This document shows, piece by piece, positions 52,750-61,407 of a stretch of DNA of 64,000 bases. The DNA is taken from the IMG/VR virus record IMGVR_UViG_3300035661_000037, positions 1-64,000 of that record; one strand, 5' to 3'. The notes below the pieces were generated by a model. That model did not search any database and was not told the origin of the DNA. It worked only from the letters and a program-made list of their open reading frames with translations. A program made the translations under genes and the position numbers. Origin of the DNA: a virus. Every line of letters starts with the position of its first letter. Position 1 is the first letter of the stretch.

Positions 52750-53279
52750 TACACCCTCACAATCGTAGCTTGATATGGGTTACTGTTTATAACATAGCGC
52801 CATATAATATTTTTAACTGAGTTGTTTAGCCATGACGGTCTATCATTCTTATCTAGTTTAAGTTCCACTGTATCAACTCGTAGGGCTGAAATACCAGCAG
52901 TATCAGAAGTCTTAGTAGGATCTGCGGCAATCAACCACATCGCAGCCTCTGCGGTAGCATCGGCAAGAAATGTAGGTATCGTTGCAGGATCGAACATATA
53001 GGTATTATACAGGGCATCTGCGCCGTACCAATAGTCCCCACCATCAATAAACAATCCTGTACGCGGGAACTCGTGTGACTGGTTGACAACTGTTCTAGCG
53101 CCCCGCCATTGTAACGAATCAAAGTTACGGGTAGCCCAGATTAGTGCTGCTTCTTTGGTAGCGGTTAGCGCACCTGTCCATGATGTATTGTGTAGGCGGG
53201 TAGCATGGTATGCGTCAGCAGCCGCGACACTTGAAAAACTATTAAATCCTGCCAACGATGGGTCAGAAACTAGTGCCAT
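52749..53279 (-). CDS. head-tail connector (DnaT-like family)
   Basis: NSFSSVAAADAYH, KEAALI.AT, W.G...Q..EFPR. Confidence 0.8.
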   Translation of the reverse strand: MALVSDPSLAGFNSFSSVAAADAYHATRLHNTSWTGALTATKEAALIWATRNFDSLQWRGARTVVNQSHEFPRTGLFIDGGDYWYGADALYNTYMFDPATIPTFLADATAEAAMWLIAADPTKTSDTAGISALRVDTVELKLDKNDRPSWLNNSVKNIIWRYVINSNPYQATIVRV

Positions 53280-53281
53280 GA

Positions 53282-53503
53282 TTAGCCGCCGTAGGTATTA
53301 TGCCATTTCCAACCACGTACCCAACCTTCGTCGGTCTTTGCCGCCAGACCTTCAGCCATTAGGCGTTCACCTATAGCATCGTCAATCAGTGTCGGGCGAC
53401 CTTGTAACAAGCGACCTACTGCGCGATCACGGGAAGTGTCTACTACCAGCGTATCTTGTGTATCTTGGGTCTCTGACACTTCAAGTTTTTGATATTTTGC
53501 CAT
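53282..53503 (-). CDS. hypothetical protein
   Basis: AGGGGA RBS. Confidence 0.65.
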   Translation of the reverse strand: MAKYQKLEVSETQDTQDTLVVDTSRDRAVGRLLQGRPTLIDDAIGERLMAEGLAAKTDEGWVRGWKWHNTYGG

Positions 53504-53513
53504 TGTATTTCCC

Positions 53514-53771
53514 CTATTGCTTATCTTGTTTACCGTCTAGCTTAGATTCTATACGGTCTAACTTTTTAAATAATGCGTCTTCAAATCCCTTTAGCTCTAT
53601 GCGGGTAACATACTGACCTGCTACAAGTAGTTCAATACCTTGAACTTTATCCGCCAAACTGGTGTCAGTGGCTTTAAGTTCTTTCATAGAGTCCGATAGC
53701 CCTCTAACCCAAATACCCCCAAAGAATGCGGTAAGACCCATTAGTATGTTAATCATCGTTTGGTTATCCAT
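53514..53771 (-). CDS. TM plus coiled-coil phage protein
   Basis: N-terminal TM; YVTR...LDRIE.KLD. Confidence 0.75.
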   Translation of the reverse strand: MDNQTMINILMGLTAFFGGIWVRGLSDSMKELKATDTSLADKVQGIELLVAGQYVTRIELKGFEDALFKKLDRIESKLDGKQDKQ

Positions 53772-53842
53772 CGACTATTTCCGATTCTTTTTTCTTTGAT
53801 TTACAAGCCATATGATCCCCTTAAATAGTTATGGTGCTTGTA

Positions 53843-54730
53843 TCATAGTGTTTGTGGTTTGTCAACTTGATTCGCCATTTCTGATAACCATTTGTAATAC
53901 TTCAACTCGTGTTTATCTTGGGTGGTGTAGATAGGCATGTCAGGCCAGTGGTGATTACCTTTTGATATGTTCACACTAGCTGGTATCACGCTCAAGTTAC
54001 CCTCCCAATGCAGCCCACTAACATAATTACTAATCAGTGGGACTATGTGGTCAACGTGCCATGAAAACCCAGTAGATATTGTGCGCAACGTGCATAGGTC
54101 GTCTATCTCTGCTAGTATGAAATCGTCAGCCCAGCTTACAAAGGCTTTGCTCATCGAATTTTTACGCTTTATTTTATACTTACGTTTGGTGGCTTTTACT
54201 TTTGATGGCATTCCTTTGGAACACCTAGCCCGCCTATTGTGTTTATCTTCTTTAGATAAACTAGCGTAAACCCCTCGGCTCTTTTCTATAAGCATGTCTC
54301 TATTTTTAGCATAGTACTTAGCCTTATACACGCTACGCTTATCTTTATCCCGCAAACGCTTAGAAATTAATTCATGCTTATTGTTTGCAGCATACACTTT
54401 TGCATAATCCGCCGAACATAGCTTGCATATAGACTCCACCGAGTACCTTCCCAATAGTGCTGGATAATACTCCCCAATAACTTTAGGTATTTTGCAGGTA
54501 GTGCAAGTCTTAAATGTTTCTGGACTGTATTCTGCTGGCGTTTTCGCTAATACCTTTTCCTTGTATGCCGCAGATGCTTTATTATATTTAGGTTTGTCAG
54601 CAACATATCTTCTAGCTGCTCCGAGCGACGCGCATAACTTACACCCAGAACCTATTTTATATACATAGCCGCACGTGGTGCACTTCCTAACAGAATAGCT
54701 TATGGGGTTTCTCATTGGTTTACGCAGCAT
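53843..54730 (-). CDS. HNH endonuclease with zinc fingers
   Basis: CxxC pairs; WHVDHIVPL...GLH...NL...N..K.N. Confidence 0.85.
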   Translation of the reverse strand: MLRKPMRNPISYSVRKCTTCGYVYKIGSGCKLCASLGAARRYVADKPKYNKASAAYKEKVLAKTPAEYSPETFKTCTTCKIPKVIGEYYPALLGRYSVESICKLCSADYAKVYAANNKHELISKRLRDKDKRSVYKAKYYAKNRDMLIEKSRGVYASLSKEDKHNRRARCSKGMPSKVKATKRKYKIKRKNSMSKAFVSWADDFILAEIDDLCTLRTISTGFSWHVDHIVPLISNYVSGLHWEGNLSVIPASVNISKGNHHWPDMPIYTTQDKHELKYYKWLSEMANQVDKPQTL

Positions 54731-55901
54731 AAACCATTTTCGGAGATATTGTTATTCTCGCTACTTCCCCATATTCTTTATGGTAGGTTATTACCTTAGC
54801 ATCTCGACCAGAAGAATAACCACTACGAGATGAGTAAGAGTCTTTGGCAGTCAATGTACGGTGCTGTTCAACTACCATCAGATTAGACTCTTTAACTCGT
54901 GCGTGGTGGTAGTGCCCCATATGAGCATATGAGTATTTGGTACGTCCGAAAACTTCACGGAACTTAGATACCATCACGTCATCAATGCTGTCAAACTTTA
55001 CTCGGTGGCCATGGTGTACAAAGAGCGATGTGAGTCCGTGCTCGTAGCAGTAGAAAATATCGGGTGAGTCGTTGACACTGACGCGAGGCTCATTAGCATA
55101 TAAGGAAGCCATCATTTCCCGCATCCATACAGATGACGCAATATCGTGATTACCTTCCGCGATAATGATATTTAGGTGTTGGTGTTTCTGCAACAGCATA
55201 GAAATAATCCTACGTAAACTACGTATTGCTACACGTACAACAAGCTGGAAGCGCGCGTCGCTATCCAGAAGGTTCTTACCAGTAGGTGTTTGTGATTCTA
55301 GCCCATCAGTATGTAGCTGATCGCCCATAATTGCTAGGCATCCAGTAGATGCGTCTGGTGACTGCCTGACAGCGGTTGCAAACCAATTTACAAGTAAGTC
55401 CTCAGCTATCTTCAAGTCCCAATCTTCTCCACATTCTATTGACCAACTTTTAGATCCGAGATGAAAATCCGTGATAGGATAAAAGTTAAGTAGAGTATCA
55501 TCAGTATGCGGAATAATCTTGATAGGTTTTTCAGGCGGGATACTTTCCGAAAACGCTTTTGCAGCCTCTTTCAAAAGTTCCTGATACTTGGCATCGTCTA
55601 AGGTCGCCTTAACCCACTGAGCCGATACACCCCCCTCAGCATTGTAAAGTGTTGAGATGCCCTTGGCGATAAACGCATTTGCTACAGGGTGCGTCATGCT
55701 ATGATCTGGTGAGAAACCTTTAGATTCCGCACGGGCTTTGATGCGCTCCATACCTTTGCGAACACTTCTCTCGTTGACACTCAGTAGTTCCTCACAGGCT
55801 CTCCAAGATAGTCCATCAGCACGTGCTCTAACAAACGATTCTTCACGTTCTGTCACACAAAATGGTAGGTACTGTAGCAGTTCTTTAGTTGTCAATGACA
55901 T
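54720..55901 (-). CDS. metallophosphoesterase with N-terminal HTH-like region
   Basis: TDFHLG, GDQLH.D, GNHD, HHGH, HMGHYHH. Confidence 0.85.
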   Translation of the reverse strand: MSLTTKELLQYLPFCVTEREESFVRARADGLSWRACEELLSVNERSVRKGMERIKARAESKGFSPDHSMTHPVANAFIAKGISTLYNAEGGVSAQWVKATLDDAKYQELLKEAAKAFSESIPPEKPIKIIPHTDDTLLNFYPITDFHLGSKSWSIECGEDWDLKIAEDLLVNWFATAVRQSPDASTGCLAIMGDQLHTDGLESQTPTGKNLLDSDARFQLVVRVAIRSLRRIISMLLQKHQHLNIIIAEGNHDIASSVWMREMMASLYANEPRVSVNDSPDIFYCYEHGLTSLFVHHGHRVKFDSIDDVMVSKFREVFGRTKYSYAHMGHYHHARVKESNLMVVEQHRTLTAKDSYSSRSGYSSGRDAKVITYHKEYGEVARITISPKMVYAA

Positions 55902-56367
55902 TTATATCTTTCATAAGTGGTTGAAGGACTGGGGCTTGGGTTAATGTGATGTGGATCGTGGGTATGATAGCTTGCTGACCTTCGATAGTTTTCGCGTTCT
56001 CTTGCAATACTTTACCAGTCTTGCCGAGTAGCGTGTAAATCTTAACTTTCTCTGCGAGCGCTGCATCAGGATTCGCCATTACCATTGGCACCCAGTCGTC
56101 GGTGTACAGCTCAAACAAACTCTTGGCTTTGGTCTCTATAGCCCCTGAACCTTTTTTAAGTTCGGATACCGCCATAGTTACAGCTTTGGCAAACTTCTTT
56201 GATTGTTTTAAGAGTTGTAGTTGCCCGATGTCAATGTCAAACTGTTCGCATAACTCGCTCTCAGTCCATGGTTTGTTGAGCATAGCTACACGATTCTCTG
56301 CCATCGCGTAGGCTAACATTTGATCGAATGGGATGTCTTCGGTAGATAGGGGGAGTTGTTCAGTCAT
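55885..56367 (-). CDS. putative terminase small subunit
   Basis: N-terminal HTH-like segment, helical core, C-terminal beta strand (TIHITL). Confidence 0.4.
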   Translation of the reverse strand: MTEQLPLSTEDIPFDQMLAYAMAENRVAMLNKPWTESELCEQFDIDIGQLQLLKQSKKFAKAVTMAVSELKKGSGAIETKAKSLFELYTDDWVPMVMANPDAALAEKVKIYTLLGKTGKVLQENAKTIEGQQAIIPTIHITLTQAPVLQPLMKDINVIDN

Positions 56368-56411
56368 TTAGGGTGTTTGTGTAACGTGAACGGCATGGCG
56401 TTGGGAACATT

Positions 56412-56723
56412 TTAGATTAGTTCCCTGTATTTTAGCCACGCCTCAAACTCGGCAAGGTCTTCGGCACAAGATATTACAATCGCATACCCGTTGTTAGCTG
56501 TTATAGTGTCTAAAAACTTCTGTTGGTTAGCGGTAACGTTCTTACGCTTCCCCTCAGCCTTTATCTCCAATGCTACGAACAACCCCGTCTTAGTGATGCA
56601 AATAATATCTGCAAGTCCAGTCGTAGCGCCAAAAGCTGAAGGTATTATACTCCAGTTTGGGATGTTGTGTAACTTTAGAAACGCCTTGGTGAGAAGTTTA
56701 ATTTTTCCTTCAGGAGTTGCCAT
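56412..56723 (-). CDS. VRR-NUC nuclease
   Basis: TPEGKIK, G.ADII, F.ALEIKA, TANQ. Confidence 0.85.
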   Translation of the reverse strand: MATPEGKIKLLTKAFLKLHNIPNWSIIPSAFGATTGLADIICITKTGLFVALEIKAEGKRKNVTANQQKFLDTITANNGYAIVISCAEDLAEFEAWLKYRELI

Positions 56724-56786
56724 AATTAAAAAGCCCTCTATTTAGTTAAGAGAGCTTATACCACTGTTTTATATGTTGTGCAACTG

Positions 56787-57392
56787 TTACGTTAGTGAGG
56801 TATGCTCGTACCACTCTGCTCTAAAGTTACAGAGGTTACCTGTAGTGCCACTTGTTATTCGTATGATGTATTTAGTATTCTGTTTGAGTATTCTTTCAGT
56901 CCCGTACACGCCTGCGCCATCTGACTTGCTGCTACCTGAAGCTGTTCCGCTAGAGTAGACAAATAGTCTAGTACCATCTGTAGTACCTCCAGAGACGGCT
57001 TTGTGTATTGTCAAGCCCGCAGTATTCGTAGAGTTTTCATTGGCGTTGAATGTAGCCTGCAATGTGGTACCTACTTTGTTAGTAGCTCTGAACACCTCTA
57101 CAGTAGTTATAGCTGTGCCGTCCACAGAGAATGTGAAGTGAGGCCAGCTTGTGGTATCAGCAACCGTAAGCAAATAATCTTGAATGGCCGCTGCACCAAG
57201 TGTCACAGAGTCTGCGTATCTATAGGCATCGCCATCATGAACCTCGTGGTGCCCATGGTCTATGGTCATCATCGAATTAGTGACGGTATCTACACGAACG
57301 TTTCTAGGTACTCCTGATGAATCCGTACCTTGCAGCAGCGAGTGTGCCCCACCATCTGTAAACTTCCGTAAACCTGTGTCTATCAATGCCAT
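56787..57392 (-). CDS. putative virion protein
   Basis: HHEVHDG, ERILKQNTKY, WYEH; beta-rich. Confidence 0.7.
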   Translation of the reverse strand: MALIDTGLRKFTDGGAHSLLQGTDSSGVPRNVRVDTVTNSMMTIDHGHHEVHDGDAYRYADSVTLGAAAIQDYLLTVADTTSWPHFTFSVDGTAITTVEVFRATNKVGTTLQATFNANENSTNTAGLTIHKAVSGGTTDGTRLFVYSSGTASGSSKSDGAGVYGTERILKQNTKYIIRITSGTTGNLCNFRAEWYEHTSLT

Positions 57393-57940
57393 TATTTCAG
57401 CCCTATGAACTGCGTTTTAGTAAGTGCCTTAGACAACTTGGCATCGAGGTTCAAAATAATCGCGGCCAGCTCTGGTGATATTTCTGCCCGAACAGCCGTA
57501 GCATTTTGAGCCGCCGAAGGTATTGTAGCTAGGTCACCTGTTATGATATTCTGCGTATTTGTAACCGTGTTGACAAGGGCTGCGACCTGTGCCGGATATT
57601 GCTGCACTATAGCAGGTGTGAAATAGGCTGATGGGTAATCATCTGAGAACAGGACACCTGCGACCGATACCTTACTAAGATCAATAAGCAGCTTCCAGCC
57701 ATTTATCAGAAAGTAAGTATCCCCAGTAAAACCGCCGGGTATGATGTCTAGCCCTGTATAGCGCATAGCAGGATAGTACGAGGTATTGTGTTCAACCACC
57801 AACCATCGCACCCATGCTGAATAAAGTTCAGACCTGATATTTAAGGACGTGACTTCATCGTTGACAGTGATTGTTTTATTTTCACCGTCAAAGGTTACTT
57901 TCTGATACAGCCCCCAGTAATCCCAAAACGCGTAAGCCAT
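57392..57940 (-). CDS. putative virion protein
   Basis: VTFDG, LYSAW, YFLINGWK. Confidence 0.7.
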   Translation of the reverse strand: MAYAFWDYWGLYQKVTFDGENKTITVNDEVTSLNIRSELYSAWVRWLVVEHNTSYYPAMRYTGLDIIPGGFTGDTYFLINGWKLLIDLSKVSVAGVLFSDDYPSAYFTPAIVQQYPAQVAALVNTVTNTQNIITGDLATIPSAAQNATAVRAEISPELAAIILNLDAKLSKALTKTQFIGLK

Positions 57941-57943
57941 TGA

Positions 57944-59536
57944 TTAAGCCCTAACCTCATCCCAATTGAAAACTACTGTGACCGTGCCGCCAGCACCGGC
58001 AGAAAGTAGCTTTGCGGTAAATGCCAATTCTACCCACTCCGCGATATTTGCCTTACGCCTAATACCGCTACGATTTTCTTTGAATGTTTTTAAATCAATC
58101 TGCTTGGACTCACCTGCACCTACGATTGTAGAAAACCTGCTTTTTCCGCCAGATATGCCTGTCAATGTTTTATTAATGTCAGCTACCGAGTCCCCTCCGT
58201 GGGAAACCCATGATCCTGCGGCGGCTGTTACACCCCTCCATTGTTCAAACAATATTGGCCCAGAAGATGCACCATTGTATATAGTGAAACTATTAGGGTA
58301 TATCGTCGATCGGTTATTGATAGAATTGAATGTCTGCGATGCACGAATAGCCATTATTGGAGTTGCGGTTGTCGTTGTAACACTAGCCGATGAGTTATCT
58401 GTAAATGCAGCTGTGGCTGGGGTGAATGCCCCTTCGGTTTTTACTACTGAGGAAAATACGCTCATCTCGCTTGTAGATGCTGATGTGCCTGTATTTATTT
58501 GTTCGTACCTTATAGGCAACGACCCCGTACTAATGTAGGACTGGGTACGATTATTATCAGTACCTAACTCGTGGCAAACAATACGCACGCCATCTATGAT
58601 AATACCAAAACGGACAGCCCCTGCTCCTAGGCACTGGTAATCCATCCAGTAGATGTTATTCTTCGTTGGATTTACCATAAATCCAGATAGATTATGCGCA
58701 TCCCCTATACCATCCAGACGGTCACCATCCCACGTGGTTGACGCGAATCTTTCTTCGACTACAGTGCCTGTTGCTTTTGAACGCAATCCGATGTTGAACG
58801 TTGTGCCTTGCATCTCGAAAAATTCGCCATTATCGTCGTCATATAAGCCAAAGCGACGTGTCACGTTATCTTTGCCAGTGTCACCGAGAGCTGCTGTGAA
58901 TTCGATTAAATGCGATACCCCCGCTTGGCACACATGATACTCATCGGTTGTGCGTTGCACTGAATCCCCAGATGCTGTGCCACAAGATAGGCGTACACCA
59001 GACACGTTTGGCAGGTGTGTAAGCGAACCAGCACCCGTTAATACAGTACTAAAGTCGTTCGGTAATGTATCGTAATGGGGGATGTATTCCGCCAATTTGT
59101 GTTGTTGGCTCACCTGTAATTTGCCGAAGGCATCAAACTGTGGAGAACCTTCGGCGAACCTTACGAATGCTGCCCCTATGTTATCTACCGACTGACCATA
59201 TTTAGGATTATTGCCGCCGACAATGACTACGTTCTGGTCATATATAGCGGTGCCAGTTCCAGAAGTCAGCGCATTTGTGACAGCATTTACTTGTAATGCT
59301 TCACCACTATTGACAGCCGCAGGGGAGCCACTCTCTAAAAGGATGTAAACCGTCCCTGTAGAAGCGCTACCAGTTACCTTTATAACCTCACCAGAAACCC
59401 CTGTAGACGGCGTTGTCACTGTATCACCAACTACAAATGGTATCGTTCCACTTGTAAAGTCGATATCCATATATGCTGTATGTGCTACACGCTTGCCGGT
59501 GCTGTCCGGTGGGAATCTTAGATTTTGGTCAGCCAT
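57944..59536 (-). CDS. putative virion structural protein (lectin-like)
   Basis: DAFGKLQVS, WDGDRLDG, NIYWMDYQ.LGAG.VRFG, LPIRYE. Confidence 0.75.
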   Translation of the reverse strand: MADQNLRFPPDSTGKRVAHTAYMDIDFTSGTIPFVVGDTVTTPSTGVSGEVIKVTGSASTGTVYILLESGSPAAVNSGEALQVNAVTNALTSGTGTAIYDQNVVIVGGNNPKYGQSVDNIGAAFVRFAEGSPQFDAFGKLQVSQQHKLAEYIPHYDTLPNDFSTVLTGAGSLTHLPNVSGVRLSCGTASGDSVQRTTDEYHVCQAGVSHLIEFTAALGDTGKDNVTRRFGLYDDDNGEFFEMQGTTFNIGLRSKATGTVVEERFASTTWDGDRLDGIGDAHNLSGFMVNPTKNNIYWMDYQCLGAGAVRFGIIIDGVRIVCHELGTDNNRTQSYISTGSLPIRYEQINTGTSASTSEMSVFSSVVKTEGAFTPATAAFTDNSSASVTTTTATPIMAIRASQTFNSINNRSTIYPNSFTIYNGASSGPILFEQWRGVTAAAGSWVSHGGDSVADINKTLTGISGGKSRFSTIVGAGESKQIDLKTFKENRSGIRRKANIAEWVELAFTAKLLSAGAGGTVTVVFNWDEVRA

Positions 59537-59560
59537 TTGTTGCTCCTAAGTCATTGGTTT

Positions 59561-61225
59561 TTAAATGAAAGCTCTGTCGGTCTCGCTAACCGCAGAGATA
59601 CTAATTGTTTTCGATGCTGTCAAGCCGCCAGCCGCACTGGTGGCTACCACAACTGGTTTGGCAAATCCTGAGTGTCCCGCCACAAGAGTTACCGCTGTAT
59701 CTGTACCGCCAGTACGCTTCCCAGATTCTGTCTGCCCACTATAGTCATAGTTAAACGCGATTGCAGATGAGCCGATTGTACCAGAAATATCTATGTTACT
59801 CTTATTTCTTACGATAACTGCCGTAGATGTGCCCCAGTCATTCGTGCTAGTAAGATCTGAGTAATACAGCACGTACCAACCGCCAACTAAGTTACTTGAG
59901 AAGTTAAGTACACCGGCGGAAGCATAAGGGTATTCGCGCAGCACCGCAGTATTGTCGTAGAACTGAATGGTGTTGATATCCGCATCCGTCACACCTTCGA
60001 CGCATACCCCTGTACCGCCTCCAGCAGGGTTTGTTGGGGCATATACGCCGCATACTAACTTCGCTGTCCAGTTCATCAGCAGCGATGCAGTCTTCCCGAT
60101 AACGCTAGTCGCTTGTGAGTTGATAGTTGTTGGCTGCAATAACTTCGCTTGGACAAAAGAGTAAATCTGGCGTAGCGTAGCTGTTGACGGTGTTGCTGGA
60201 TTAAGCGTAAAACTTGCACCAGATGCAGCAGGGACTGAACCGGTAAGTGTCACCGTACCCGCTGCCGGAGTACCACTGATTGTGTATGTTCCAGCACCTG
60301 CACCACTATGCACAACCAACGTACCGCCAGTAAAGTTTGCACCGGTGATACCGGCTGCGGCTGTTGTAAACGATGTCGTGCCGTTTGATACGCCATCTAT
60401 GCCTGAGTGAGTACCGATGTCTACAACAATACCATAGTGGTTGACAGAACCTGCTACGCCTGCCCCATCAACGTTCTTGATGAAGCCAGATGTGAAGTAG
60501 TTAATACGCATCTTGTCGTAAGGTGCGATAGGCGTTGTGATAATGTCTGCATATACACCAGTTGCATCTAAATCGTCTGAGTTAGCCAGCAGTAAGTTAA
60601 TCAAATACGCGCCAGTAGTAGATTTACCAGTATCGGCTAGAACCGAGCTAGAATATTTCTTACCGTAGACACGGCAGAAACCTTGTAAGTAGTTTGCATT
60701 AGCTAAGTTACCGTGGGTTGCATCCCCATAAACCTGTACGCCTAAGTTAGCCGCATCTGTGTAGGTGAAGTTAATAGCTGCGCCAAGTGCCGAATCTTTC
60801 TGGTAGTATAGTTGTGCCGCAGTTGACACAGCACCCAGAGATACTACACCAGCGTAAGTTGAGTTTACAGTACCTGATGCTGATGTACCATCTGCTCCTG
60901 GGGTTGTTGCGGTGTATTCGTTCCAGCCGCCATCTCGTAGATACAAACGTGTACTACCTGCGAATGTCCATGTATTGTATCGCGTACCATCAAAGCCAAT
61001 ATTAAACTGCCCTGATAGCGCGTCAATAGTGTAGAAAGGTGGTGGGAAAGCGTTGTAGGTGCTTGACTCCCATAGTTGAATTATTTTAGAGTACAAACTT
61101 TGCCAAGTGCACCCCTCCTTCGCAGTGAGGTTGCCCGCCACGTTCAAGGTTATCTCGCGGGTTGTTGTATTTACTGTCAGCTCTGTACCGACGTTCAAAC
61201 TGCTTTTGTTCGTGATTTTCGCCAT
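59561..61225 (-). CDS. putative virion structural protein
   Basis: LYSK...W, RDGGW.E; G/T/S-rich; AAGGAG RBS. Confidence 0.75.
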   Translation of the reverse strand: MAKITNKSSLNVGTELTVNTTTREITLNVAGNLTAKEGCTWQSLYSKIIQLWESSTYNAFPPPFYTIDALSGQFNIGFDGTRYNTWTFAGSTRLYLRDGGWNEYTATTPGADGTSASGTVNSTYAGVVSLGAVSTAAQLYYQKDSALGAAINFTYTDAANLGVQVYGDATHGNLANANYLQGFCRVYGKKYSSSVLADTGKSTTGAYLINLLLANSDDLDATGVYADIITTPIAPYDKMRINYFTSGFIKNVDGAGVAGSVNHYGIVVDIGTHSGIDGVSNGTTSFTTAAAGITGANFTGGTLVVHSGAGAGTYTISGTPAAGTVTLTGSVPAASGASFTLNPATPSTATLRQIYSFVQAKLLQPTTINSQATSVIGKTASLLMNWTAKLVCGVYAPTNPAGGGTGVCVEGVTDADINTIQFYDNTAVLREYPYASAGVLNFSSNLVGGWYVLYYSDLTSTNDWGTSTAVIVRNKSNIDISGTIGSSAIAFNYDYSGQTESGKRTGGTDTAVTLVAGHSGFAKPVVVATSAAGGLTASKTISISAVSETDRAFI

Positions 61226-61227
61226 GA

Positions 61228-61407
61228 TTAATTCTCCTTAACATCTATAATATAATTGCTTGTGATGAGTCGGTAATTCTCAGACCCCAACTCTATGATT
61301 GATTCTGGTGTAAACTCTAATCCGTTCGGCAATATGATGGGGTAGCTATCCGTAAATGACGCCCCAACGAACTGTCTATCTGTAGTGACCATTATTGTAA
61401 GGTTCAT
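61228..61407 (-). CDS. small hypothetical protein (59 aa)
   Basis: Read manually; ATGA overlap; fills the gap between large genes. Confidence 0.6.
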   Translation of the reverse strand: MNLTIMVTTDRQFVGASFTDSYPIILPNGLEFTPESIIELGSENYRLITSNYIIDVKEN

